The translations under genes and the position numbers were made by a program. Under the pieces are notes generated by a model. That model searched no databases and was not told where the DNA came from. It saw only the letters and a program-made list of their open reading frames with translations. Shown piece by piece: positions 54,201 to 62,695 of a stretch of 64,000 nucleotides of DNA. Within the stretch, counting starts at the first letter, position 1. Every line of letters begins with the position of its first letter. This DNA comes from Nannocystis bainbridge (GTDB lineage Bacteria > Myxococcota_A > Polyangia > Nannocystales > Nannocystaceae): contig NZ_JAQNDL010000002.1 in assembly GCF_028368995.1 (NCBI RefSeq), positions 160,001-224,000 on the forward strand, given 5' to 3'.

Positions 54201-55401
54201 TCTCGTCGGCCTCCCACTTGGTGCAGGCGGCGTCGCCCGGCTCGCACACGGACGGCCGCTCCTTGCGCTGCTGTCGCGGCGAGACGCACTTGCCTCGCGA
54301 CAGCGAGCCGGGGCGCGAGTTGATGCTGAGCTCGCGCTGGACCTCGGTCTTCGACAGCGGCAGGTGGCCGCGGACCCGCACGCGGCGGATGCTCTGGCCC
54401 GGCTCGACGCGGATCGACAGCAGGTTGGCGCCGTCGGGCTCGAACTGGGCCCGGTAGCCGAGCTGCTGCAGCTGGGCGGAGATGGCGGCCGGGATCAGGT
54501 AGCCGGTGCCGAGGTTCAAGATCTTGCGCAGGCGGACGCCGTCGTCACCGGGCAAGAACTTGTCGCCGACGACGCGCGAGCGCTCGATGCGGGCGAACAC
54601 GACGCCGGGGTCCTCGCCCTCGAGCACGGGGCGGACGCTGAGCTCGACCTCGCCGGCGCCCTTGGGCTCGAGGGCGATGACGTAGCTGCCCTCCTCGGCG
54701 GTGAGCTCGAGCTGGTAGTAGAGGAGGGCGTAGTCCTTGCCGCGCAGGTCGACGACGCAGGCGGTGCCGCGCAGGGTGGTGCCGCGCTCGCGCGTGCCGA
54801 CCTCGAAGCCGCCGCGGTCGCGCAGGCTGTCGAGCGCGCGGTCGATGAGGCCGAACGGGTCGGCGCCGGCGTCGACGCGGGCGCAGGTCGGGCCGCTGGT
54901 GACGACGCTCGGGGCCTGGATCTCGGGCGCCTCGGTGGTGGTGGTCGGCGCGGCCAGCTCGCTGCCCTCCGGTGGCAGCTCCTTGTCGGGGGCGGGCGCG
55001 GACTCGATCGGCACGTCGGTGATGCCGACCGGCGCGGCCGGCGGGGCCGGCTGGTCGGGCTTGGCCGCCGGCCCCGCGTTCACGCCCTGCGGCTTGCCGA
55101 CCGGGGTCCGGCTGTCCTTGGGGGCAGGTTCTTCGGGACCTGTCCCTTCGCTACTGTCGTGGGGGGCAGGTGCTTTGGGACCTGTCCCATCGTTGCTGGT
55201 CTTCGGGGCAGGCCCCTTGGGGCTCGCGCCGGAGTCGTCGGGGCTCGGGGCCGGCGTGGTGGTGATCGGCGCCTGCGATCCGGGCGGCGGGCCCGGGGGC
55301 GCGGCGGCCCACGCCGGCGCGGCGCTCGTCCACGCGAGCGCGAGGGCGGCGAGCAGGCGCGCGAGGCGGCGGTCAGCGCAGGCTGGGAAGCTGGTATTCA
55401 A
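51268..55401 (-). CDS. tamA: Omp85/BamA-TamA family outer-membrane protein with POTRA domains
   Basis: Signal peptide, POTRA motifs (YLYDKGY, FYQGKGF, RGNFKT), barrel with GG...LRG lid motif, terminal Phe; follows a TamB-like gene. Confidence 0.85.
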   Translation of the reverse strand: MNTSFPACADRRLARLLAALALAWTSAAPAWAAAPPGPPPGSQAPITTTPAPSPDDSGASPKGPAPKTSNDGTGPKAPAPHDSSEGTGPEEPAPKDSRTPVGKPQGVNAGPAAKPDQPAPPAAPVGITDVPIESAPAPDKELPPEGSELAAPTTTTEAPEIQAPSVVTSGPTCARVDAGADPFGLIDRALDSLRDRGGFEVGTRERGTTLRGTACVVDLRGKDYALLYYQLELTAEEGSYVIALEPKGAGEVELSVRPVLEGEDPGVVFARIERSRVVGDKFLPGDDGVRLRKILNLGTGYLIPAAISAQLQQLGYRAQFEPDGANLLSIRVEPGQSIRRVRVRGHLPLSKTEVQRELSINSRPGSLSRGKCVSPRQQRKERPSVCEPGDAACTKWEADEIDRLKRYLYDKGYLRGNASLGLTCGRASDEVDLYVYLDKGPAFRVPMRQVKVVGKVSEDDKGWIRRAFWPRVKATPFPARITRERIEESRERVERQFAEPRDAIIRRTATSRLALPYPQVQVGTSYDDLKPEDIPKTGKLPLTVDVDLGPGVKTSFIGRRSYSEQRLRSELQLFSRREAPSAQTAQREAANLRGFYQGKGFLLAEIDGRYDDYGNAPGALTFQIKEGPVVRMKKLDLVVGRGVPRGVRERLEREFADERVLRAPGTFTEAAVVDHLSALLAKFADAGYLCAQAGVRVAFWPDGLDKKGEYADVDVETILRRDSFAAWAVRDLDPRGLAALRKQSRAELYVRVSVEPGPRVFTSRKPEVVRYLDGPVPGDREIEGQPHHDRGEWGATRMLRGTALRHKGDDRPGNIPLATSLDRDTEQGIVDNYRNDGFPVADAELRWLYTDPRTKEVKPVPNARRLVDPEIGLCQAYKSGSAVEVEAEISVYEGRPGVFGDTVVRGNFKTHNWILRRQFAHKTGGVYSRAKADESRANVDGLDVAESTELTAYPTGCDLDDDPNERCAVHQVLEMRESKDVSVKLQGGVGLATLDPFYVFLHPIFPNLFGTAWDFDILGHYGFNTQRFSSNVPFLGDCAGQPCYERSVRGRLARPRIFATPLTLEINGQYQRRVTPARGPIELAVGNITLSYSRSRALQLYVGYLIQKSNISQDISKPAFTPDTELGLPTVVNRRDAIVSDRTGALTAGFTYNNTENPSNPDKGIIIQGDVRFASPYFGGQDWFLRTDLAFQHFIPIPRTANRLNFRYALRYGHAIPLPNLPGGSGAAGVPEIWRYWGGGTADLGLRGIFPETMLVDIEAIDTGDGFKRLHYTAQGGHIRALATIALQVTSLNDFLGGKIHHSLFFDFGILTQRWSQVQLARDFRRSVGINFVKWDIKLVTLALGYAILLPNSIAPGNVKPIDDRNGRFIFDVGITF
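55113..55224. repeat. Intragenic array of eight 14-bp units (42-nt super-period) in the TamA linker
   Basis: Units at 55113,55127,...,55211; encodes PKGPAPKTSNDGTG / PKAPAPHDSSEGTG / PEEPAPKDS. Confidence 0.85.
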
Positions 55402-58400
55402 GGCGCAGCTCGAGCGAACGCTGGCGGAGAGGGTCGAAGATGATGCGCTCGTTGAAGTAAGAGCGGCGGTTGTCGCGGAACTCGAGGACGGCGGAGTCGA
55501 GCAGGCGGAAGCGGACGCGCCAGTCGTAGCTGTTGCGCAGGAGCAGGCCCGGGTAGCCGCGGGTGTAGCCGGCGCCGATCGTCATGTTGCCCCAGTCGGT
55601 GCGGAACCACGGGCGCGGGGTCTCGGCGTTGACCTCGACGCCGAGCTGACCGAGCTGGGCGCCGACCTGCGGCAGGTAGGGGGCGAGGCGCGGGACCGAC
55701 TTCTCGACGTAGCGGTTGAGGTTGATCTCGGTGAGGTTGCCGACCAGGCCGAGCGGGCGCCCGAGCAGGCCGCCGGAGCCGTAGCGGCGGACGTTGGCGT
55801 CGGCGACCTCGCGGTTGCCGCTGCCGAGGATGGCGTAGTCGACACACTCGCGCTGGGTCCGGCTGCGCGCGCGCGTGTCGCCGAGCACGGCGCAGCGGAA
55901 GGTGATGGCGTCGAGGGTGCCGCCGAGGATCAGCGACATCTGCCGCGGCTGGTTCTCGATGTAGACCGGCTCCTGCCGCTGGGCGCGGACGTCGACCTTG
56001 CTCGACGACAGGTTGTTCTCGAGCAGGACGCGGCCGAAGGTGATGTCGTAGGCGCCGTTGAGGATGGCGACGTCGAGCACGCCGGCGGTGACGTCGACGC
56101 GGCCCGACATCTCGAGGTCGGCGATCGAGCCGCCGATCGCCAGCGAGACCTGACCCTCGACGCCCTTCATGATGTTGTTGTCGACCCGGAATGGCGTGGT
56201 CGTGCGGAGCCGGAGGTCGAGGTTCATGTCGCGCAGGATCTCGGGCGGCGGAGCGGACGGCGCGGAGCTCGGATCGGCGAAGGATAGCACCTTGACGCCC
56301 TGCTGCGCGTCGCGCACCCAGCGGCCGCGCGCGACCTGCACGTCGCCGCGCAGGGTCTGGACGTCGCGCCCCTCGAGGACGATGCCCTTGCCCGAGATCG
56401 CCGCGTAGAGCTGCGGGCGACCCGAGTTGTCGAACATCTTGTACTGCACCTCCTCGAGGTCGACCCGCAGGCTGCTGCTCTCGAGGCGCGAGAAGTCGGG
56501 CGCGAGCACGACGTTGCCCCACAGCGACAGCGAGCCGCGGTCGCCGACGCGGGCCGCGAGGTGGCCCTCGGGCGCGACGAGGTCGTCGATCGCGGCCGTG
56601 CGACCGCCGACGATCACCGCGAAGCCTTCCTGCTTGCCCGGGCACGGGTCGGACTCGTTGCAGCGCTGGATCTCGATCACGCCGTTGTCGAGCTCGATCG
56701 CCTCGAGGCCGAGGCCCGCGAGCTCCATCATCAGGCCGCCGGGCGCGGGCTGCAGGCGGGCGCGCACGGTCTTGAGATCGAGGCTGTCGCCGACGCGGCC
56801 GGCGGCGTGGGCGTCGGCGATCTGCAGGCCGCCCGAGCTGGCCGCGAAGGTGTCGGGCAGGAACTCGCGCAGCAGCCGACCGTCGAGGCGGCCGCGCGCG
56901 GCGGCGGAGAAGCTGCCGCCGCACTCGCCGCCGAGCACGTAGAAAGTGCGGTGGCCGTTGAGGTCGCCGAACTGCACGGTCTGGCCGCGCACCGACAGCT
57001 CGCCCGAGGCGAGCAGGGCGTCCTGGGCCCACTGCAGCGACAGCTTGGGCACGGCGAAGGTGGTGCCGGCGGCCTTGGCGGTGACGGGCTTCTGCGGGTC
57101 GGGGACGCTGAAGCTGCCGGTGATGATCGGGTCGCTGACGTGGCCGTCGAGCTTGACGTCGAGGCCGATCTTGCCGGCGATGCCGGACACGGCGGTGCCG
57201 GCGACGAAGGGGTGGAGGCCGGCGAGGTCGAGCTCGCCGGCGACGCGGGCGCTGGCGCCGGTGGCCGGGGGCGTGCGCGCGGCGGTGGGCGGCTCGCTGC
57301 AGTCGCGCTTCTCGTCCTTCTTCGGCGCCTCGGGCGAGGCCGACAGCTCGACGTCGCCGGACACGGTGAGGGTCTTGCCGACGGCGACGCCGCCCGAGCG
57401 CAGCTCCCAGCCGTCGCGCAGGCTGAGGCGCGTGCCCTGCAGGGTGGCGACCAGGCGGTTGGCGGTGCACAGCGAGTCGGACTCGCGGCACGGGTCGCCG
57501 GGCAGGTTGCTGCCGGCGGCGACGCCCGAGCTCGGCGAGCGACCGGCGGCCCACAGGCGATCGAGCTCGACGAGGATCTTGAGGTCGCGGTCGCCCTGGT
57601 CGTCGTGCCACAGGCACGAGGTGATCAGCGGCTGTCCCGGAGGACAGGTACGGGCTGTGACCGTCAGGCCCTCGGCCTGGCCGTGCAGGCCCTCGCCGGG
57701 CTCGATGCCTGCGGCGCCGAGGAGGTTGCGCAGCGGCAGGTTGGCGAAGTGGACCGCGAGGTCGGCGGCGTACGGCGGGCCGGCCTTGCTGCCGCGCGGC
57801 TTCTCGCCGATGGCGACGATGGCGTCGACGTCCCACTCGTACGGGGCGCGGCGCCGGCGGCCGCCGTCGTCGCCGAAGCGGCCCTTGACGACGATCTCGC
57901 GCCGCGCGGCCAGGCCGTCGCCGGCGGGGCGGTCGTTGCTGTCGAGCTGCAGCTCGCCGCTGCCGAGCGGGATGCCGACGGCGTTGATGGCGGTCAGCTC
58001 GACGGTGCCGTGCACGCTCGGGCGCGTCAGCGTGCCGGTGATCTCGAGGTCGGTGCCGCGATCGATCTGGGCCCCGGCGGGCAGGTCGGTGAGGCCGGCG
58101 ATCGCGGCGAAGGTGCTGATCGGCAGGCGGCGGCCGCTGATCTTGAGGTCGAGCTGCGGGTCGCTGTCGAAGCTGACCGAGCCCTTGCCGGTCAAGGAGC
58201 CGACCGGGACGGTGAGGTCGGGCGCGGCCGAGGGGCTGGGCCGGCGGTGCTGGCGGGCCACGAACTCGTCGATGTTGACGCCGTCGCGGGTGAGGCTGAA
58301 GCGGGCCTCGGTGTCGCGCAGCTCGCCGTGGCCGACCTTGAGCTCGGGCACCGAGGCGGCGCCGCGGGCCTGGAATTTGGAGAGCGGGACCGGGCGCTTG

Positions 58401-61288
58401 GCGTCGTCGCCGACCTCGAGCCGGATGTCGGCCTTGCCGGCGACGCTGTCGCCAGCGACGCGCTCGAGCTCGACGCCGGTGAGGTCGATGGTGGCGCGCA
58501 GGGTCGGATCGCTGCTGACGCCCTTGCCGTCGAACAGGCCGACGTCGACGTCGAGCGCCCCGGCGCCGCCGAGCACGGTCGCCCGCTCGCTCTTGAGGCT
58601 GAGCACGCCGTCGCGCAGGCCGAGCGAGACGTCGCGGATGTTCTGCACCGCGAACTGACCCTGGCCGACGTCAGACAATTGCAGCGACCCGTTGCGGCCG
58701 CTCGGGCGACCGAGCGGGCCGTGGACGGTGAGGCCGGCCTGCAGCCGCTCGACGAACGGGCTCATGCCGAGGCTGGCGAAGAAGCTCTTGCCGTCGGTGA
58801 TCTTGAGCTTGATGTCGGTCGGCTTGAGGTGGGCGAACTTGGCGTCGAGGCCGCCGTCGACGCTGAGGCTGGCGCCGTCGACGGTGACGAGCAGGTCGGC
58901 GAGGTCGAGGCCCTCGACGCGGTCGAGGACGACGCCGCCGTCGATGCGGATCCGTCGCGGCAAGCCGTCATGGGTGCGCCGGCGCTCGATCTTGAGGCCG
59001 CCGATCTCGAGCACGATGCGGTCGAGCGGCGAGGCCTCCTCGGCGGGTGGAGTGCTCGCGGCGGCCGAGGCGAGGGCGTCGGCGACCGGCTCGGCGGCCT
59101 CGCCTCGCGCCTTGGGCCGGGTGGCCTTGCCCGACTTCTTGGGCGGCGGCGCAGCGGGAGCGAGGGCGTAGGTGACGTCGGCCGGGGTGGCGGCCGGGGC
59201 AGGCGCGGTGTCGTCGCTGCTGGTCGGGGCCGGGGCGCTGAGCTCGAGCGCGAACTCGCGGAGGTCGAGCTTGCCCGAAGCGGTGCCGGCGAGCATCGCC
59301 CGGGTGCCGCCGGCGGCCACGAGCTCGCCGGGGTCGATGCCTTGCAGCTCGGTCTGCGCGGTCAGCAGCATGCGCCGCTCGGGGCCGGTGCCGAGCACGA
59401 GGTGGTTGCGGGCCTCGTGCTCGCGCAGGTGGAAGCTGCCCCCGAGGACATGTCCTTCGAAGCGGGCGATGTCGAGGATCCACCGCTCCTCGCCGGCCGG
59501 GATGTACTGCGACCAGGCGACGGGCACGGGGTCGCGGCCGAGGGTGGCGTCGATGGCGGCGTCCTTGATCGCCCAGTCGACGTTCGGGTCGGTGAAGAAA
59601 TTGAGGCCGACGCCGGAGGCGGCGATGGCGATGCGGATGTCGTCGAAGGGGCCGCGGAAGGCCAGCTGCGCCGGGGCGCCGAAGGCGTCGATCATCGGGT
59701 CGGCGAGGCCGTGGACGCGGGTGATGAGGCGACCGATCGGGCCGGCGTCGGTGAACAGGGCGGTGACGTCGACGCTGCGCTTGCCGGCGGTGAAGATGTC
59801 GCGCAACCACCCGCGCAGGATGCCGTGCGAGCCGCCGATCTCGCCCTCGGCGCGGATCCGGATGTCGCCGAGCGGGCCGTCGCCGCCGGAGGCGAACTCC
59901 TCGAGCTTGAGGTTCTGGATCGGGAGTTCGTAGCCGAGCGCGGTGATCCGCGCGAAGCCGGTGGTGGCGAGCGCGCTGAGGCCGAATTGCAGCGGCTTCT
60001 TGAGCGGCGGCGGCTCCTTGGGGTGCTGACCCTCGAACAGGAGGACGGCGCCGACATCCTCGAGCGCGAGCTGGGTCTGCCAGCCGGTCTGGCCGCGGAA
60101 ATCGAGGTCGAGCGCGAGCTCGGCGAGGTCGGTGTGGTCGATGCGGATGCTCAGCGCGCGGGTGTGGACCTCCGGGTAAGGTCCAGGGCCGGGCCCGAAA
60201 GCCTCGACGAGGTCGACGATCCAGGCCTCGGTGCCGTCGCCGTAATGGGTCTTGATCTCGGACACGTTGAGCCGCATCGGCGCTTCGGTCCAGATGTCGG
60301 TGAAGTGCAAGACCCACGGGACCTCGAGCACGGCCGGCACGAGGAAGCGGTTCCACGGGATGATCTCGTGCAGGATGATCTCGGCGTCGATCGGGCCGTC
60401 GCACTCGGCGATGACGGTGTCCGGCTCCGGCATGTCCTGCTTCATGTAGCCGCGCCACAGCTTGAGGCCGGTGACGGTGGCGTGGTGCGGACGGCCCGTG
60501 ATGAGATCGAGGATGAGGTCGGGGCCCCAATGGACGCTGCCGAGCTCGAGCCGGCCGTTGACCTGCTTGTCGATGACGACGGTGAGGATCCGGCCGAGAG
60601 TGGCGTCGTTGACGAAGAAGTAGGCGACGACGTAGACGACGCTGAAGAGGCCGAGGAAGCCGAGGACGAACGAGATCGGCAGCTTGATCAGGAGGAACCG
60701 CAGCAGCGGGTTCTGGCGCCGGACCGGCTGCGGCGAGGCGGCGAAGCGGACGATCTGGGGGTGCAGCGCGCCGATCTCGTCAGGGTGCGCGAGCGCGTGG
60801 AACAGCAGGGCCTCGCGCAGCTGGCCGAAGCCGTGGTGCAGCCGCGGATCGACGTCGGGGCCGGGGACGTCGCCGTCGACGCGGCCGAGCACGTGGTCGC
60901 GGATCCGCGGCTCGACGTCGTCGTCGACGGCCTCGAGCGCCTTCTCGACGATCGGCGGCAGCTCGGCCCGGAAGGGCCGCGGGCGGGCCAGCGGGATCCG
61001 GTAGGCGAGCCGCAAGGAGCGCTCGACGGCCTCCTCTCGCACGCGTCGCCGCAGCTGCTTGCGCAAGGTACGGCGTGCGCTGCGCAGGTCGCCGGCGGCG
61101 ATCCGGCCGACGAGGCGCTGGCGCCCCAGGTCCTGGTAGGCGTCGAGCAGGAGGGCGAGGCTCGGTCCGCCAGGGAAGAGGTGACGGAAGCGTCGGGAGT
61201 TGCACAGCCGTTCGAGGCGCACCCGCCCGTCAGCGAGGAGATCGGCCTCCTGCTGCCATGCGCTGCCCGTTACCCCGGCGTTGGCCAC
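55373..61288 (-). CDS. tamB: TamB/AsmA-like translocation-assembly protein with N-terminal extension
   Basis: Single TM near aa 200, long beta-rich body (ITGTLTRPSVHGTV, LDGHVSDPIITG), DUF490-like C-terminus; upstream of an Omp85 gene. Confidence 0.82.
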   Translation of the reverse strand: MANAGVTGSAWQQEADLLADGRVRLERLCNSRRFRHLFPGGPSLALLLDAYQDLGRQRLVGRIAAGDLRSARRTLRKQLRRRVREEAVERSLRLAYRIPLARPRPFRAELPPIVEKALEAVDDDVEPRIRDHVLGRVDGDVPGPDVDPRLHHGFGQLREALLFHALAHPDEIGALHPQIVRFAASPQPVRRQNPLLRFLLIKLPISFVLGFLGLFSVVYVVAYFFVNDATLGRILTVVIDKQVNGRLELGSVHWGPDLILDLITGRPHHATVTGLKLWRGYMKQDMPEPDTVIAECDGPIDAEIILHEIIPWNRFLVPAVLEVPWVLHFTDIWTEAPMRLNVSEIKTHYGDGTEAWIVDLVEAFGPGPGPYPEVHTRALSIRIDHTDLAELALDLDFRGQTGWQTQLALEDVGAVLLFEGQHPKEPPPLKKPLQFGLSALATTGFARITALGYELPIQNLKLEEFASGGDGPLGDIRIRAEGEIGGSHGILRGWLRDIFTAGKRSVDVTALFTDAGPIGRLITRVHGLADPMIDAFGAPAQLAFRGPFDDIRIAIAASGVGLNFFTDPNVDWAIKDAAIDATLGRDPVPVAWSQYIPAGEERWILDIARFEGHVLGGSFHLREHEARNHLVLGTGPERRMLLTAQTELQGIDPGELVAAGGTRAMLAGTASGKLDLREFALELSAPAPTSSDDTAPAPAATPADVTYALAPAAPPPKKSGKATRPKARGEAAEPVADALASAAASTPPAEEASPLDRIVLEIGGLKIERRRTHDGLPRRIRIDGGVVLDRVEGLDLADLLVTVDGASLSVDGGLDAKFAHLKPTDIKLKITDGKSFFASLGMSPFVERLQAGLTVHGPLGRPSGRNGSLQLSDVGQGQFAVQNIRDVSLGLRDGVLSLKSERATVLGGAGALDVDVGLFDGKGVSSDPTLRATIDLTGVELERVAGDSVAGKADIRLEVGDDAKRPVPLSKFQARGAASVPELKVGHGELRDTEARFSLTRDGVNIDEFVARQHRRPSPSAAPDLTVPVGSLTGKGSVSFDSDPQLDLKISGRRLPISTFAAIAGLTDLPAGAQIDRGTDLEITGTLTRPSVHGTVELTAINAVGIPLGSGELQLDSNDRPAGDGLAARREIVVKGRFGDDGGRRRRAPYEWDVDAIVAIGEKPRGSKAGPPYAADLAVHFANLPLRNLLGAAGIEPGEGLHGQAEGLTVTARTCPPGQPLITSCLWHDDQGDRDLKILVELDRLWAAGRSPSSGVAAGSNLPGDPCRESDSLCTANRLVATLQGTRLSLRDGWELRSGGVAVGKTLTVSGDVELSASPEAPKKDEKRDCSEPPTAARTPPATGASARVAGELDLAGLHPFVAGTAVSGIAGKIGLDVKLDGHVSDPIITGSFSVPDPQKPVTAKAAGTTFAVPKLSLQWAQDALLASGELSVRGQTVQFGDLNGHRTFYVLGGECGGSFSAAARGRLDGRLLREFLPDTFAASSGGLQIADAHAAGRVGDSLDLKTVRARLQPAPGGLMMELAGLGLEAIELDNGVIEIQRCNESDPCPGKQEGFAVIVGGRTAAIDDLVAPEGHLAARVGDRGSLSLWGNVVLAPDFSRLESSSLRVDLEEVQYKMFDNSGRPQLYAAISGKGIVLEGRDVQTLRGDVQVARGRWVRDAQQGVKVLSFADPSSAPSAPPPEILRDMNLDLRLRTTTPFRVDNNIMKGVEGQVSLAIGGSIADLEMSGRVDVTAGVLDVAILNGAYDITFGRVLLENNLSSSKVDVRAQRQEPVYIENQPRQMSLILGGTLDAITFRCAVLGDTRARSRTQRECVDYAILGSGNREVADANVRRYGSGGLLGRPLGLVGNLTEINLNRYVEKSVPRLAPYLPQVGAQLGQLGVEVNAETPRPWFRTDWGNMTIGAGYTRGYPGLLLRNSYDWRVRFRLLDSAVLEFRDNRRSYFNERIIFDPLRQRSLELRLEYQLPSLR

Positions 61289-61291
61289 GGT

Positions 61292-61687
61292 TCAGGGCTC
61301 TAGCCTATCATCCGCGGCACCACCAGGGCCGGACGGCGGGGCAGAAGTTGCACCCCCCGACGCGGCGGCCGGGCGGCCCCACGCAGGATGATGGAGCCGG
61401 ACCCGCTCGCCCGTCGCAGGCAGCGCGACTTGACAGGCGAGGCGACTCGGCCCCGTGAAGCCGAATCGCGCCTCGATCGCGGTCGGCTGCGAGAGGGCCG
61501 CGAGCCCGACCTCGACTTCGACGGCGCAGCTGCGACAGACACCCTCGCCGCGGCAGCTCTGGCCGAGCGGCAAGCGAGCCGTTCGCACGGCGTCGAGCAG
61601 GGTCGGCGGGAGCTCGTCGTCCGCGGCGACGATGTCGGCGACCTCGAGGACGATCTGCCGCGTCGCGGTGAAGAACTCGATCGCCAC
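61292..61687 (-). CDS. 2Fe-2S ferredoxin (adrenodoxin type)
   Basis: TLLDA, C-x5-C-x2-C (CRGEGVCRSC), RLACQ. Confidence 0.85.
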   Translation of the reverse strand: MAIEFFTATRQIVLEVADIVAADDELPPTLLDAVRTARLPLGQSCRGEGVCRSCAVEVEVGLAALSQPTAIEARFGFTGPSRLACQVALPATGERVRLHHPAWGRPAAASGGATSAPPSGPGGAADDRLEP

Positions 61688-61842
61688 GCGGGATCGAGTG
61701 TGGCCCAATCTCGCGGGACGGCGCTGCTAAATCCGTGGCGCCCGCGAGGGGCGATCCGCGGCGTCGCGTGCTCGCCGCGCGGCGTGCAGGAGGGCGAGCC
61801 TCGGCGCGCTCAGCCGCAGCGGGCGCGGCCGCTTCGCGGCAC

Positions 61843-61879
61843 AAAAAAAGAAGGGCCCGTTCGTGAGAACGGGCCCTTC
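61843..61879 (-). terminator. Rho-independent terminator of the tRNA
   Basis: 13-bp stem GAAGGGCCCGTTC/GAACGGGCCCTTC, 4-nt loop, then T7 on the - strand. Confidence 0.92.
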
Positions 61880-61884
61880 AAGAG

Positions 61885-61958
61885 TAGCGGGGACGGGATT
61901 TGAACCCATGACCTCCGGGTTATGAGCCCGGCGAGCTACCTGGCTGCTCCACCCCGCA
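61885..61958 (-). tRNA. Initiator tRNA-fMet (CAT)
   Basis: TGCGGGGTGGAGCAGCCAGGTAGCTCGCCGGGCTCATAACCCGG...TTCAAATC...CCCCGCTA; three G-C pairs in the anticodon stem, 1:72 mismatch; CCA not encoded. Confidence 0.96.
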
Positions 61959-61970
61959 GCGAGGACTTGC

Positions 61971-61999
61971 CTTGTACTTCTCTGGCGTCGGCGCGTCAA
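61971..61999 (-). promoter_or_regulatory. Sigma70 promoter of the tRNA
   Basis: TTGACG (61999-61994), 17 nt, TACAAG (61976-61971), 12 nt upstream of the tRNA. Confidence 0.65.
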
Positions 62000-62101
62000 C
62001 GAAATTGTGTTGGCCCTCGGTCGATTTGGATCTGGGCATGGGGCGAAATCGCGCAGAGAGGGTCTCGAGACAGGGGACAGGCGGGGCCTGGTGGTCCTGA
62101 A

Positions 62102-62665
62102 TCAGCGAATTGGCCCCGGATCGGGCTCGCGGGCGAGGTCGGCGAGGTCGACGCGGACGGGCGAGAGATCCCCGGTACCGTCCGCACGATCCCAGAGGGT
62201 CGCCAGGACGGCGAGCGGCTGATTGACGGCGTCGAGGCGCAAGACGCTCTCCCGCGGCGGCGGGCCCGCGGTGAAGTTGAGGGGGCAGTGGTCGACGCGC
62301 GGGGTGGGGTCGGCGACGGCGACCGGCAGGCCGTGCGAGCGGCAGATCAGCGGGCGCTCGGCGTAGACGGCGCAGGCGCCATCTACGAGGAGGGCGCAGT
62401 GGTGCTGGTGAGCCGGGTCGTCGGCTTGCTCGCGGACCCTGTTCCGAAGGACAGGTGTCCGGACGGACAGGTCGGCCAGCGCGCGACGGATGGGCTCGGC
62501 CTCGGCGGCGTAGACGCCGAAGCGGTGGTGACAGCAGCTGTCGCAGCCCGCGCGACAGGCGAAGGCCGCGGGGGTGCGCGCCTCGGCGGCGGCGAAGTGG
62601 GCGTCGACGCGGCCGCGCAGCTGGACGAGGATGGCCGCGAGGGCAGGTCGGTCCGGGTCGCTCAC
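62102..62665 (-). CDS. YkgJ-family cysteine cluster protein
   Basis: CRAGCDSCC, CALL, CAVYAERPLICRSHG, CPLNF. Confidence 0.9.
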   Translation of the reverse strand: MSDPDRPALAAILVQLRGRVDAHFAAAEARTPAAFACRAGCDSCCHHRFGVYAAEAEPIRRALADLSVRTPVLRNRVREQADDPAHQHHCALLVDGACAVYAERPLICRSHGLPVAVADPTPRVDHCPLNFTAGPPPRESVLRLDAVNQPLAVLATLWDRADGTGDLSPVRVDLADLAREPDPGPIR

Positions 62666-62695
62666 GCAGGCGACGGGATACCAGAGGCCGCGGGC

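Noticed and set aside
51184-61303. Very long antisense or alternate-frame ORFs (51184-55443, 56561-61303; also 70-1983, 6149-9055, 12265-14721)
   Set aside because: Shadow ORFs expected in high-GC DNA opposite well-supported genes; no motifs.
61700-62100. tRNA as an integration site for an island
   Set aside because: No integrase and no duplicated tRNA 3' end seen in the window; flanking genes look like core genes.
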